From an uncultured Planctomycetota bacterium (GTDB taxonomy: Bacteria; Planctomycetota; Planctomycetia; Gemmatales; Gemmataceae): DNA of 64,000 nt. A program made the position numbers and the translations under genes. Location: assembly GCA_963849325.1 (NCBI GenBank), contig CAWKHF010000001.1, positions 537,210 through 601,209 of the forward strand, read 5' to 3'. Under the pieces are notes generated by a model. It saw nothing but the letters and a program-made list of their open reading frames with translations. It searched no databases and was not told where the DNA came from. Shown here piece after piece: positions 1-10,965 of the stretch (position 1 is the first letter of the stretch; every line of letters begins with the position of its first letter).

Positions 1-72
1 GACGCGATGGCGCAGCTGGGCCACGTCCATCAGGCGGGCCAGCAGGTCGGATTGAGGGATGGTGAGACTCAT
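1..72 (-). CDS. flgB: Flagellar basal-body rod protein FlgB, 5' end only (runs off window)
   Basis: Minus strand from ATG at 72 reads MSLTIPQSDLLARLMDVAQLRHRV, matching the FlgB N-terminus (L..LD...LRH.V); divergent from motA. Confidence 0.7.
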   Translation of the reverse strand, partial: MSLTIPQSDLLARLMDVAQLRHRV

Positions 73-181
73 GCCGGTTGTATCGGTCGTAGCCGCCGCC
101 GACCTTGAACCGTTCCGTCGTCGCATCCTCCGCGAGCGACCGGCTGCTCTCGGGCGGAATGAGGCGAGTGCGCGAAAGCCG

Positions 182-210
182 TCAAGTGCGCGGACGCCCG
201 GCGTCGATAA
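182..210 (+). promoter_or_regulatory. Putative sigma28-like promoter of motA
   Basis: TCAAGTGC-N13-GTCGATAA versus FliA consensus TAAAGTTT-N11-GCCGATAA; spacer is 2 nt longer than canonical. Confidence 0.4.
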
Positions 211-248
211 GAAGGCGCTGTGTCCTCGGCTATCGACAAGGAGCGTCC

Positions 249-1026
249 ATGGACACCGGAACCATCGCTCGGCGCCTTGCTGGGCTTCGCGTTCATCGCC
301 ACGGCCATCCTCATGCACGGCAAGCTGTCCGACTTCGTGGACGTGCCCGGCGCCCTCGTCGCCTTCGGCGGTTCGTTCTCGGCGCTGTTCATTTTCTTCC
401 CCGCCAAGAAAGTGCTCGGCGTCTTCGGCGTGGTCAAGAACTGCGTCCTGCACAAGCTGCCCGACCCGCGCGCCGAGATTCGCCGCCTGACCGACCTGGC
501 CACGGTGGCGCGGCGCGACGGCTTGCTGGCCCTGGAAAAACGCTTGCCGGAAGTCACCGACCCCTTCCTCATCCGCGGCCTGGAGATGGTCATCGACGGC
601 ACGTCGCGGGAGAAGGTCGAAGAGGTGCTGCAAATCGAGTTGCAGTACATCGAGGAGCGGCACGCCGTCGGCAAGAAGATGTTCGACCAGCTCGGCGCCT
701 CGCTGCCGGCCTTCGGCATGGTCGGCACGCTCATCGGCCTGATCCAGATGCTGCACGAGCTGGACGATCCCAGCAAGATCGGGGCCGGCATGGCCGTGGC
801 GATGGTCACGACCTTCTATGGGGCCTTCGTGGCCAACATGATCTTTCTGCCGCTGGCCGGCAAGCTGGAGAACCGCAGCAAGGAGGAAGCCCTGCTCCGC
901 GAGCTGATGATCCAGGGTCTGGTGGCCCTGATCGAGGGCGAAGCGCCGCGGTCGATGGAAGCCAAGCTCAAGGCCTTCCTGGCGCCCAAGGCGCGGAAGA
1001 TCGAGGTCGAGACCGAGGCCGCGTAA
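249..1026 (+). CDS. motA: Flagellar stator protein MotA/PomA (one apparent frameshift near 268)
   Basis: RBS AAGGAG then ATG MDTGTI; continues in ORF 220..1026 with RRDGLLALE, PAFGMVGTLIGLIQML and MAVAMVTTFYG motifs. Confidence 0.93.
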
Positions 1027-1041
1027 CCCAGAGGCGCTACC

Positions 1042-1809
1042 ATGTCCACGCATCCGCACGCCGAAGCGGAGGCCGGATCGCCGCCGGACCACCACGAAAA
1101 GCACGAGGCCGAGCACGTTGGCGGCCATCACGGCGGACGGGGCCAACACAAAAAAGGCCACGGCGATCACGGCGGCCACGGCGGAGGCGGGCACGGCGGC
1201 AGCTGGATCGTCACCTACAGCGACATGATCACGCTGCTGATGGCCTTCTTCATCTGCATCATCACCTTTGCCTCGAAAGAAACCGAGAAATTCGATCCCA
1301 AAAAGGACTCGCTCATCGGCAACGCGGGCGGCTCCGGCATCGCCAGCACCGCTTCCAAGGGCACGTTGGAGCAGGACTCGGCCGTGTGGCGCCTTCGCAT
1401 CCGCCAGGCGCGAGCCAGCGAATCCGGGGCGGAAATGGCGCCGCTGTACCAGAACCCCTCGCTGCAAACGACCGCCCACATCCTGCAAGCCCTGGACGAG
1501 GCCGAAGCAGGGCGGATGCGCGACGACTTCGCCGTCCGTCTGCCGCGCAGCCTGCTGTTCGAGAAAGACGATCGGCTGTCGTCCTCCGGCGTGCGTCTGC
1601 TGCATGCCTTGGCCGTCAACCTGCGCGATCTGCCCTACGATCTGCAATTCCAGGTCGGCCGCGACGACCACGTCGGGCAAGCGGTCAAGCTGTGCGGTTT
1701 CCTGGCGTCGCAGGAAGGGTATGAGCCGGCCCGGCTGGCCGTCGGCGGCCGGCCGCCGCGGGCCGGCGACGGCGATACCATCTGGCTCGTCCTGGTCCGG
1801 CAATTCTGA
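1042..1809 (+). CDS. motB: MotB-like stator protein 1, His-rich N-terminus, degenerate OmpA-like C-terminus
   Basis: WIVTYSDMITLLMAFFI transmembrane motif with the conserved Asp; directly follows motA. Confidence 0.85.
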   Translation: MSTHPHAEAEAGSPPDHHEKHEAEHVGGHHGGRGQHKKGHGDHGGHGGGGHGGSWIVTYSDMITLLMAFFICIITFASKETEKFDPKKDSLIGNAGGSGIASTASKGTLEQDSAVWRLRIRQARASESGAEMAPLYQNPSLQTTAHILQALDEAEAGRMRDDFAVRLPRSLLFEKDDRLSSSGVRLLHALAVNLRDLPYDLQFQVGRDDHVGQAVKLCGFLASQEGYEPARLAVGGRPPRAGDGDTIWLVLVRQF

Positions 1810-1820
1810 AGGGCGTCTCC

Positions 1821-2529
1821 ATGAAACGCAAGCGAGCCGGCGGACACATCAACACCGAAGGTTGGATGATGTCCTACGCGGACATGGCCACCATCCTGCT
1901 GGCCATGTTCATCGTCCTGAGCACGCTGGGCAAGGACCAGACCGGCATCAGCCTGGCCAACGGCACCGGCTCGTTCGTCAACGCCATGAGTTCCTTCGGC
2001 CTGGCCGGCCTGTTCCGCACTTCCGCCCGGCCCATCCCCATGAACAACCCAACGCCCCATTATCTCTATCATCCTCCGCCGACGAGGACAGCGGCCCGAC
2101 GCGACCGCCGCCGCGTCATCGACGGCGAGGAGGAGCACCTGCAGCGCTTCTTGCGCGAACTCCAGCGTCAGTTTCCGGTCGAGCGTCCGTCGCGGCAGGT
2201 CGGCCAGGTGATCGATCGACCTGTACGAGCCGCTGCACAAGGAAGCACCCTACCTGGCGCCGCGCCACCTCGACGTACTCGATCAGGTGCGGCCGCTGCT
2301 GGAACGATCGAGCTTTCGCCTGTACCTGGTGGTGTGGACGCCGACGCCGAGTCCGTCGGCATGGACGCGCACCGCCGTCCTGGCTCGCCTGGTCGCCGCC
2401 GAGTTCGCCGCCAACTCGCACCTGCGGCCAGCCGCTGGCGAACGTCTCATCCCGCTCGCCCAGCCCTGGCGCTACCGCGACATCCGCCGGCCGGTCCTGT
2501 CGCTGGTCGTCGTCAAGACGGAGGAATAG
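1821..2529 (+). CDS. motB: MotB-like stator protein 2 (apparent frameshifts around 2060-2220)
   Basis: WMMSYADMATILLAMFIVL motif; C-terminal part is in ORF 2287..2529, ending VVVKTEE. Confidence 0.75.
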
Positions 2530-2543
2530 CCGCACCTGTTCTC

Positions 2544-2607
2544 GTTTCGCCGCGACGCGCAGCGGAGCGCGGGATGCTCCCGCGCTCCGCTGCGCGTCGC
2601 GGCTAAT
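2544..2607. repeat. Family A REPIN-like palindrome (slightly degenerate)
   Basis: gtttcgccgcgacgcgcagcggagcgcggga...tcccgcgctccgctgcgcgtcgcggctaat. Confidence 0.85.
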
Positions 2608-2726
2608 CGGGCAAGTCGGGGCGCAAAATTCCTCTCTCGACCCAACATCTTTTGACGAACCGGCTCTTATGAGCCAGATTATGAACAGCAATGGTGCTCT
2701 CCGAGGCATTATCGAGATAACAAGCA

Positions 2727-4750
2727 ATGTCGATCCGGATGGCCGCAGCCCTCAAGGACGACGCCGCGATCGCCTCGAACGGGCGCGTGGCCGACCGCGA
2801 TTCGCGGGAGGCGCTGCTGGCCCGCATCGCCGACCATCCCCACTTGCCCAGTCCGCCGGGCGTCGTCTTGCAGGTCCTGGAACGGGCCAGCCGCCTGGAC
2901 AGCACGCCGGCCGACCTGGCCGCGGTCATTCACCGCGATCCCGCCCTGTGCGGCCAAATCCTCAAGGTCGTCAACTCGGCGCTGTACACCCTGCCGCGAC
3001 CGACCACGTCCATCGAGCGGGCGGTGGCCCTGCTCGGCTTCAAGCCGGTTCGTTCGTTGGTGCTCAGCCTATCTCTGCCGGCCATGCAGCGGCAAACGTC
3101 CGGCCCACTGCCGCTGGAGACGTTCTGGAAGGAGTCGGTGGCCGGCGCCATCGTCGCTCACGAGCTGGCCCTGCACCTGGGCCGAACCAATCCCGAAGAT
3201 GATCTGGTGGCCGGTCTGCTGCGCGACCTCGGCACCCTGGCCTTGCAGCAAGTACGCCCCGCCGATTACGCCCGGCTGCTGGCCCATCCGTTCGAGGAGC
3301 GGAGCCTCCGTCCGTGCCAGCTGGAGGAGCAGCTGCTGGGGTTGAATCACGCCGAGGTCAGCGCCTTCCTGCTGCGCCGCTGGCGGCTGCCGGAGGACAT
3401 CATCGAATCCGTCCGCTACCACCATGCTCCCGAGCAGGCGGCCGGACTGCCGCGGCCGGTGGTCGAGCGTGCTCGGCTGCTGGCCTTCGCCAGCCGGGTG
3501 GCCCTGCTGCAACTGGCCGCCGCCGGCGCCGAGTTGCTGCGCGAAATTCTCGCTCAGGCTCGGGAAGATTACGGCATGGACGAGGCCGCCTTGACGGCCT
3601 TCCTCGAACCGCTGGCCGAGAAAATCCAGGAGTTCGCCGCCGTCATGGACATCGACATCGGCGCCTGCGATCATTATCCCCGCGTCCTCGCTCGCGCCGC
3701 CGAGGAGCTGGTCAAGCTGACCGTCGAAACCAGCGTGGACAAGCTGCGCATCCTCGAACAGAAGCGACAGGCCGAAGAACAGACGCAACACTGGCGCGAA
3801 CAGGCCGATCGCCTGCGTCACGAGGTGGTGCGCGACAGCCTGACCGATGCCTTCAACCGCGGCTGCTTCGAGGAAGAACTAACGCTGGCCTTCCGGCGGG
3901 CCCGGCGGCGCGGCACCGTCCTGGGCCTGGTCTTTCTCGACCTCGACGACTTCAAGAGCATCAACGACCGCTTCGGCCATCCCTTCGGTGATCGTGTCCT
4001 CAAGCGAGACGGCCGACAATCTGTTCGCCGCCGTGCGCCACGGCGACATCGTGGCCCGCTACGGCGGCGACGAATTTTGCGTCCTGGTGCAAAACACCTC
4101 GCCGGATGGACTGCGGGCCATGACCGAGCGGCTGTGGCAGGATCTCAACGCACCGGACCATCCGCGGCGACGGCCACACCGTCTCCGTCCGTGCCTCGAT
4201 CGGCGCCGGCCGTGTGCTTGCCGCGCACCTACCCGCACTCGGCGGCGGAGTTCCTGGCCAGCCGTGGACCAGGCCATGTACGCCGCCAAGACCACGGGAA
4301 AAAATCAGGTCGCGCTTCATCTCGCTGCTCGGATGAGGCGGACCTTTGCTTTCTCGGCGCGGTGCGAGCGCCGGCTGTTCAGCGTCTGGCTGGCCGAGCG
4401 CGGCGTCGGGCAAGCCGCAGGACGTGGGCATCGGCGTGCGCCGCGCCGGTTCGTGCTTCGAGGGACTGGGCCGACTGGCCCGCCGTCTCGGCTGGTTGAC
4501 GACGGCCCAGCTGCGCGATCTGCTGCGCGAACGGCGGGCGACGCGGCGACGCTTCGGCGACGTCGCCCTCGCCCGAGGGTCCTTGACCGCCGAGCACCTG
4601 CACGTCTTGTTGGCCTTGCAGCTGGAGCCGCCCGAGGAGATCGCCGCGAACCTGGTCAATCAAGGGATCGCGGGAGAACCGGCGATGCGGGACAATCTGC
4701 GCAAGTATTATCAATGGTTGCGGACTACACTCGACCAGCCGCAAGCGTAA
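2727..4750 (+). CDS. HDOD-GGDEF diguanylate cyclase with C-terminal MshEN-like domain (several apparent frameshifts from about 4005 to 4420)
   Basis: HDOD (LPSPP..., DPALCGQILKVVNSALY, GLLRDLG), coiled coil, DSLTDAFNR, DLDDFKSINDRFGHPFGD, RHGDIVARYGGDEF, then GLGRLARRLGWLT...RFGDVALARGSLT. Confidence 0.85.
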
Positions 4751-4751
4751 G

Positions 4752-4819
4752 GGGCGAACGGCCGGCGTAAGCCGGCTGGTGCTGGTCCGCACCAGCCGGC
4801 TTACGCCGGCCGTTCGCCC
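4752..4819. repeat. Family C palindrome (GGGCGAACGGCCGGCGTAAGCCGGCTGGTGC inverted pair)
   Basis: Perfect ~31-bp inverted repeat immediately after the cyclase stop codon. Confidence 0.85.
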
Positions 4820-4842
4820 TCCCCGCAAATTCCGAGTAATCC

Positions 4843-4871
4843 TCAAGGCCCGCCGGCCCACGAGCCGATGT
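4843..4871 (+). promoter_or_regulatory. Putative sigma28-like promoter of fliL
   Basis: TCAAGGCC-N13-GCCGATGT, the same spacing as the motA candidate. Confidence 0.4.
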
Positions 4872-4926
4872 TGAGTCGGGTGTCCTCACGACCGCCGAGT
4901 CGCGAGACGCCGGAGAAGTGTTCGTC

Positions 4927-5428
4927 ATGGCGAAAGAAACCAACCCGGCACCACCGACCAAGGGCGGCGGCAAAAAAACGCTGCTGCTGCTCGGGGCGTG
5001 CGGCCTGCTGGCGCTGGCCGCCGGCGTGGCCGTGCCCTTCTTCCTGCTGCACGAGTCGGCCAAGGGCGGCCACGCCAAGGACGACGGCGGTCACGATCAG
5101 GCCGCCAAGCACGCCTACGTCCCCTTCGGCGATGTCATCGTCAATCTCAATGAAGATCGTCTTGACTCGCTATTTGAAGGTCAAGCTCCTGCTGGTGGTC
5201 GCCGCCCGCGACGAGAAGTCGATGACCGAGCTGATCGGAAAGAAGAAGCCGGCGCTGAAGAACTGGCTGATCGGTCATTTGTCGGACAAGTCGCTGCAAG
5301 AGGTCAGCGGGGCCTCGGGCGTCAACAAGCTGCGCCGCGAAATTTGGCACGAGTTTAACAAGGAACTCTTCCCCGACGGCTCGGAGAAGGTCCTGGACAT
5401 CTTCTTTGAAGAATTCGTGGTGCAATGA
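4927..5428 (+). CDS. fliL: Flagellar basal body-associated protein FliL (frameshift near 5165)
   Basis: N-terminal TM helix, then YVPFGDVIVNLNE..RYLKVKL and a C-terminal VLDIFFEEFVVQ. Confidence 0.88.
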
Positions 5429-6285
5429 CGCTCAAGCCCTACAACTTCCGCAAACCGGATCGTCCCGCCGGGACGCTGGAACACCGGCTGACGGCCTGGC
5501 TGCGGGCGGCCGGGCCGCTGGCCGCGGAGAGGGGAGCGCAGCACCTGCCTTTCCGAATCGAAATGGCGCTGCGCGGCGTCGAGAGCGTGGCGCCGTCCGA
5601 GGCGCTGGGGCGTTTGCCCGACGCCGCCGTTGGCTATCGCGTCGCCTTCGCCGGCGAAGCGCCGAGCATGTTGTTCGTCCTGGCCGCGGCCGTTGGCCCT
5701 GGCCCTGGTCAACGGCGCCCTGGGCGAGACGCCCACCGAGCTGCCGGCCGACCGCACCTGACCGTCGTCGAGCAATCGCTGTGCGAATACCTGATGCAAA
5801 ACCTGTTGGCCGCCGTCCTGCAGAGACGTGGACCGGGACGGCGCCGCTGGCGCTGACCGTGAGCGAACGCGAGCCGTCGCCGCGCTGGACAAGGCTGTTC
5901 GTCAAGGCGGAGCAGGTCGTGCAATGCACCTTTAGCCTGCGCGGCCCGTTCGGCGAGCAGGATTGGTGCTGGCTGGCCCCCTACCAGGCGCTGCACGAGC
6001 GCGTCAACCGCGCCGACGCCGTCGTCCAGGGACAGGCCGAGCAGGACATGCCGCGCAAGCTGGAATCGCTGGTCCGCGAATTGCCGGTCGAGGTGATGGT
6101 GGAGCTGGGCATGGTCGAGTTGCCGATCGCGCAGCTGGCGGCCTGGCGCCAGGGGACTTGCTCCTGCTTAACCAGCGCGTCGGCGAGCCGCTGACGGCGC
6201 GCGTGGATGGGCGTCCGAAGTTCCGCGGTTGGCCCGGCCGGGTCGGCTCGCGGCAATCCTGCAGATCGAATCCGCCCGCGAGTGA
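5425..6285 (+). CDS. fliM: Flagellar motor switch protein FliM (several apparent frameshifts)
   Basis: KPYNFRKPDR start, LTVVEQSL, C-terminal SpoA-like LPVEVMVELG...PGDLLLLNQRVGEPL...GRVGSRQ; lies between fliL and fliN. Confidence 0.8.
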
Positions 6286-6294
6286 GGGGACACA

Positions 6295-6702
6295 ATGACC
6301 GAGAGCGAAAGCCGTGTCGCGCAAGCGGCCAGCGTCGTCCACCCCTCCGCCGCCTTCAAGGGCGCGGAGCCTACCGCTCGCCCGGCCCGTTCCGACGTGG
6401 TGGCGCGCGTCGCCGATTTCGCGGAGTTGACCGCGCCCGCGACGCCGGGTACGCCCGCGCCGCTGGACCGCCTTCTCGACGTCACCGTCACCGTCACCGC
6501 CGAGCTGGGCCGCGTCACGCTGCCGATCAGCGAGGTCCTCAATCTCAACGTCCATTCGGTCCTGGAGCTGAATCGTTCGGTGTCCGAACCCGTGGATCTG
6601 ATGGTCCAGGGCGTGCTGCTGGCGCGCGGCGAGGTCGTCGTCGTCGACGATTGCTTCGCCGTCCGCATCAAGGAGATCGCGGAGCCGAAAAAACGCGGTT
6701 GA
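6295..6702 (+). CDS. fliN: Flagellar motor switch protein FliN
   Basis: LDRLLDVTVTVTAELGR...ARGEVVVVDDCFAVRI. Confidence 0.93.
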   Translation: MTESESRVAQAASVVHPSAAFKGAEPTARPARSDVVARVADFAELTAPATPGTPAPLDRLLDVTVTVTAELGRVTLPISEVLNLNVHSVLELNRSVSEPVDLMVQGVLLARGEVVVVDDCFAVRIKEIAEPKKRG

Positions 6703-6731
6703 TCGTACGTCCCATCGTCCCCGCCAAGTTG

Positions 6732-6790
6732 GTTTAGCCGCGACGCGCAGCGGAGCGCGACCTGCGCTCCGCTGCGCGTCGCGGCTAAAC
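6732..6790. repeat. Family A REPIN-like palindrome between convergent fliN and flgE
   Basis: gtttagccgcgacgcgcagcggagcgc...gcgctccgctgcgcgtcgcggctaaac. Confidence 0.9.
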
Positions 6791-6807
6791 GGAGAACTTG
6801 CCGCGGC

Positions 6808-8479
6808 TCAATGAATGAGATTGGCCAGGTCTTGCATCACCTGGCTGCTGATGGAGATGGAGCGTGAGTTGGCCTCGAAGCTCTGCTGCGCCGTGATGAG
6901 CTGCGTGAACGACTGCGACACGTCCACGTTCGACGATTCCAGGGAGCCGCCCTGGACGGAGCCACGTCCGCCGGCTTGCCCGCCCGCGACCTGGCGGCAG
7001 TCCCGAATTGATGGTCTGGCTGTAGTAATTGCTGCCGTCGAGGCTCAGGCCGGCCGGGTTGCTGAATTGAGCGATGGCCAGCTGCGCCAACGGGAAAATC
7101 TGGCCGTTGGTGAAGACGCCATTGATGGTGCCGTCCTGGGCCACCGACACGCTGGACAGCGTGCCGGCGGCGTAGCCGTCCTGGTTCGTCGCCGCCGCCG
7201 ACGATTGCCCGCCGAACTGCGTCAGGCCGTTGAAGCCGTTGGCCGAGCCGAAATTGAAGGACACCGTCTGCGGCGCCGACAGGCCGTTGATCTGGAAGGA
7301 AACGGTGCCGCTGCCGCTGACCTGGCGGAACGAGCCGTTGTCGTTGAAAGTGATGCCCGTGACCGTGCTGTTGATCATGGTGCCGTCCGTGGACGGCAGC
7401 GATGCGGTCATGTTCCAGGTGTTGTCGGCCTGCTTCTGGAACGTCAGCGACAGGTTGTGCGCCGTACCTTGCGTGTCGAAAATCTGGATGGTGCCGTTGA
7501 CGATGGCGCCGTCCTCGCCGGCCGTCGTCGCTTGCATGGCGTGATTGCTCCAGCTCGTCGCCCCCGTGTCGCTGGCGCCGTCGCTGACGGACACCTGGAG
7601 CTTGGACGGTCCCGTGGTCGCGGATTGCACGACCAGGTTACCGTTGACGATCGAGCGGCCTGGGCGCCGGCGAAGTCCGTGTTGATGGCGGTGACGACGT
7701 CCCCTAGCTTGGTGCTCGGACTGACGTTCAGCGTGGCATTGACGGCGTTGCCCGCCGCGTCGGTGCCCTGCAGGACGAGCGTGTCCGTGCTCGTGGCCAC
7801 GGGCGGATAGGGCGTCTGGTTGTCGGCGAGGTTGTTCAGGAGCGTCGCGGAGGTAGCGTCGCTGGTGACGCCGCCGCTCGTGGTCTGGAAGGGCGACGCC
7901 GAGGTCAGGGTTTGGGCCACCGGGCCGGCGGCCGTGGCACTGAGGTTGCCTTGCAAGGTGACGTTGGCCGTCGCCTGGCCGGCGACGCCGGTCCCCAGGG
8001 GGATTTTGATGTCGCTGGTGCCGGGCGTCTGGAAGCCGGGACTGGTCGCGGTCGCCTCGCCGACCGCGCCGTGCGCTGGATTGCATAGCCGGTCGCCGGA
8101 TCGACCAGATAGCCGTTGGCGTCGATGCTGAAGGCGCCGGCGCGGGTGTACACGTCCTGGCTGCCGTTGTTGGCCACGAAAAAGCCCGAGCCTTGGATGG
8201 CCATGTCCAGCGGGATTGCCGGTCGTCGTCAACGCGCCCTGCGTGAAGTTGGTGTCCATGCTCGAGGTCTTGGTGCCGAAGCCGGCTTGGACGGGGTTGG
8301 TGCCGCCCGTGCTGGACAACGAGGCCGGCGACAGCGTCTGATAGAGCAGGTCCGAAAACAACGGCGTCTGCGACTTGAAGCCGGTCGTGTTGAGGTTGGC
8401 GAGATCGTTGCCCACCACGTCGAGCATCTGCTGGCTGGCCAGCAAACCGGACACGCCCGGCTAACAGAGAACTGGACAT
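6808..8479 (-). CDS. flgE: Flagellar hook protein FlgE (at least 4 apparent frameshifts)
   Basis: SGLLASQQMLDVVGNDLANLNTTGFK, AIQGSGFF, YTRAGAFSIDANGYLV, QDGYAAG, LAIAQFSNPAGL; reconstructed end ESSNVDVSQSFTQLITAQQSFEANSRSI...DLANLIH*. Confidence 0.9.
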
Positions 8480-8520
8480 CGATGCTATCTCCTGTTGCGA
8501 TTCCTTGACTCGTCGTACTC

Positions 8521-8584
8521 CCGAGCGGGGGGCGTCAGCCCCCTGAATGTTCGCGGACTCAGGAGGCTGACGCCCCCCGCTCGG
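8521..8584. repeat. Family B palindrome (CCGAGCGGGGGGCGTCAGCC inverted pair) between flgD and flgE
   Basis: ccgagcggggggcgtcagcc...ggctgacgccccccgctcgg. Confidence 0.85.
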
Positions 8585-8593
8585 CGTTTGTTC

Positions 8594-9014
8594 TTAGCTG
8601 GCCCCCTGGACGATGCCGGTGACCTGGGCGACCGGCACCTGCTGGTTGCCGACCTGGACTTGCAGCTGTCCATTCTGCACGCTGACCCCCTGCACGACGC
8701 CCTGGCTGTTCGGGCTGGAACCCGATTGCGTGAACGTCACCGTCTTGCCCATCAGGGCGGCCCCCTGAGCGAGTTGCTGCAACTGGAGCATCTGCTGCAC
8801 GGTGGTATTGAGCTGCTCGATGCCGCTCATGGTGGACATCTGGGCCAGCTGCGAGGTGAAGTCCGTGGCGCTGACCGGGTTGAGGGGGTCTTGCGCCTTC
8901 AGCTGCGCCGTGAGCAGTTGCAAAAATTGCTGCTGGTTGAGCATCGCTGGCGAGGACGTTCCACTCGCGGACGACGACGATGAGGTTGCGTTCGATACGC
9001 CGGAGATCGGCCAT
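8594..9014 (-). CDS. flgD: Flagellar hook capping protein FlgD (frameshift near the start)
   Basis: QFLQLLTAQLKAQDPLNP...FTSQLAQMS...LMGKTV; RBS AGGAGA upstream of ATG at 9014. Confidence 0.9.
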
Positions 9015-9048
9015 AACTCTTCTCCTGTCTCGTTGCCGACATCCCGGC

Positions 9049-10488
9049 TCAGGCCAGGACGTTGATTCCATTCGTGGGGGCGAGCGCGGCGCCGCTACGG
9101 CGGCGGCGGGGCGCACCGGCGGAGAGACCGGGGCGACGGTCTGGGTCGGCGCTGGGGCGGCGGTTGCTGTCCGCCACGGGAGCCACTGCCGCCGCTGCTC
9201 ACGTCGAAGCCGGTCAGCGACACGCCGGCTTGCGCCAGGGACTGGCGCAGGTGGTGAGCCTGGTCTTGCAGCAGTTGCCGCGTCCCATCCTGGGCGGTCA
9301 CGATGCGGGCCGAGATCGTGTGGTCGGTGGCGCGAAGGTGGATCTGCACCGTGCCCAGCTGCGGCGGCTCCAGGCGCAGGTGGAAAACGGTCTGTCCGTC
9401 GCGGTGGACCACGTCGGCCTGGGCGACGAACGCTCGCGTCAGCTGGTCGGCAACCGGAGCGGCCGGCTGGTTGTCGGCAGGTCCGGGCGACGGGGGGGCC
9501 GACGGGGCGGCGATCCCGACGGCAGCCACGGCCGGCGGCGGAGGCGTGGAGACGGTCGCGTCGGACGTTTGCGGGGGTCCGTCGTGTCGTTCGGGAGTGG
9601 ACACCGAGGCCGCGACGGCCGGCGCGGCCTTCTCGACCTGGCCGGTCGTCGCCATCCCGATCGTCTGCCGCAGCACGGTCGAGGGAAGGCTTTCCGCGAC
9701 AGTCGATGACAATGGGATGTCACTGATTGCCTCGGAGGTCGCAGCGGGGTGAACCGCCGTCGTTTCGTGAGTGCTTGCACTCGGGCGCTCGCGGCGACGG
9801 CAGACTCGCCCGGAGCGATGGTCCCGAACGCCGCCGCGACACCGGAGCCCTCCGGCGTTCCTTGCGGATTCGGGCCACGGACGCCAAGCAGAGACGGAGC
9901 GGAACTGTTGGTTCCCGGCTCTTCGTGCTCCGCCGCCGACACCGATGTCGGGGTCGTTTCCGGAGACCCCACGGGTCGGGCGACGGGAAGGCTTGGGGAC
10001 GCCGTTGCCGCCCTGGCCGCCTGCGCTCGCGCGGCCATCGCCCCGGAGGGTGCCGGGGAGGACGGCCGGATGGAAGCCGCCGCCGGGGCCGCCGCTGTCG
10101 ATGCGGAGGGTGCCACCCGCTTCACCGCCACGGCCGTGGCCACGGCCAGGGCCGAAGCGGCCGGTGGCGCGGCGACGGCGATCGTCGAACCGGAAGCCGA
10201 CCCGCTCGGCGTATCCTTGCCGATTTTCGGCGTCCCCTTCTTGGCGCGGAGGCGGGAACGATGGTGGACGCCGCCGGTGGGATGATCGCGTGCGAGGCGC
10301 TGACAGCGGCCAGGCAGGCCGCGAAGGCATTCGCGGGGTTCGTCGGGTCCGTGGCGGTCTTGTCCGCGTCCGGCGGCTTGACCGGCGCCGTGCTTGCCGG
10401 CGCCGGTTGAGGCGGAGGAATGAGCGAGACCGATCGCCGTGCCGACGATGCTGACGAGCTTGCTGGGCACGAAGGCAATGGCGGGCAT
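9049..10488 (-). CDS. fliK: Flagellar hook-length control protein FliK (several apparent frameshifts)
   Basis: Low-complexity Pro/Ala/Thr N-terminus; C-terminal FHLRLEPPQLGTVQI...LRQSLAQAGVSLTGFDV; upstream of flgD. Confidence 0.85.
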
Positions 10489-10580
10489 GGCGACCGAGTC
10501 CGTGGTGCGGTGCGGAGAGCAATCCCGATGCATCCTACCACACGCCGCTTCGCGGCGCGGCCGGTCGTGGCGACAGCGCT

Positions 10581-10955
10581 TCACGATTTCCTCAGGTAAG
10601 CGCGTTGCATTTGGCGCCGACGGTTGCAGGCGTCAAGTTCGGCCGCCAGGACGTCGCGGCGAGCGCGAGCCGACTCCTCGATGGTCCGCAGGTGGCCGGC
10701 CAACTGTCGAATGAGGTCGGCGGCGCGGGCCATGACGCCGCGCAAGGCGACGCCGGCGCGGCGGCCCTCCTGCTCCCAACGACGCTTCTCCGATGCGATG
10801 CCGGCCTCCGAAGCGGCAACCTCGTCGAGCAGCTCCAGCACCCGGCGCAAGCGGTCGTCGGGGTGCTCGCCCCGGCCGCACGCCTCGGCCAACTCGGCGG
10901 CCAGCGGCACGGCCCGCGCGTAACAGTCCGCCTGCCGCACGAAGGCCGCGTGCAA
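10581..10955 (-). CDS. Small helical protein, possibly FlgN/FliT-like flagellar chaperone (true start may be 11050)
   Basis: All-helical ~125 aa ORF ending RRQMQRAYLRKS, as FlgN/FliT-like proteins often do; inside the flagellar operon. Confidence 0.5.
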   Translation of the reverse strand: MHAAFVRQADCYARAVPLAAELAEACGRGEHPDDRLRRVLELLDEVAASEAGIASEKRRWEQEGRRAGVALRGVMARAADLIRQLAGHLRTIEESARARRDVLAAELDACNRRRQMQRAYLRKS

Positions 10956-10965
10956 GACAACTTCC

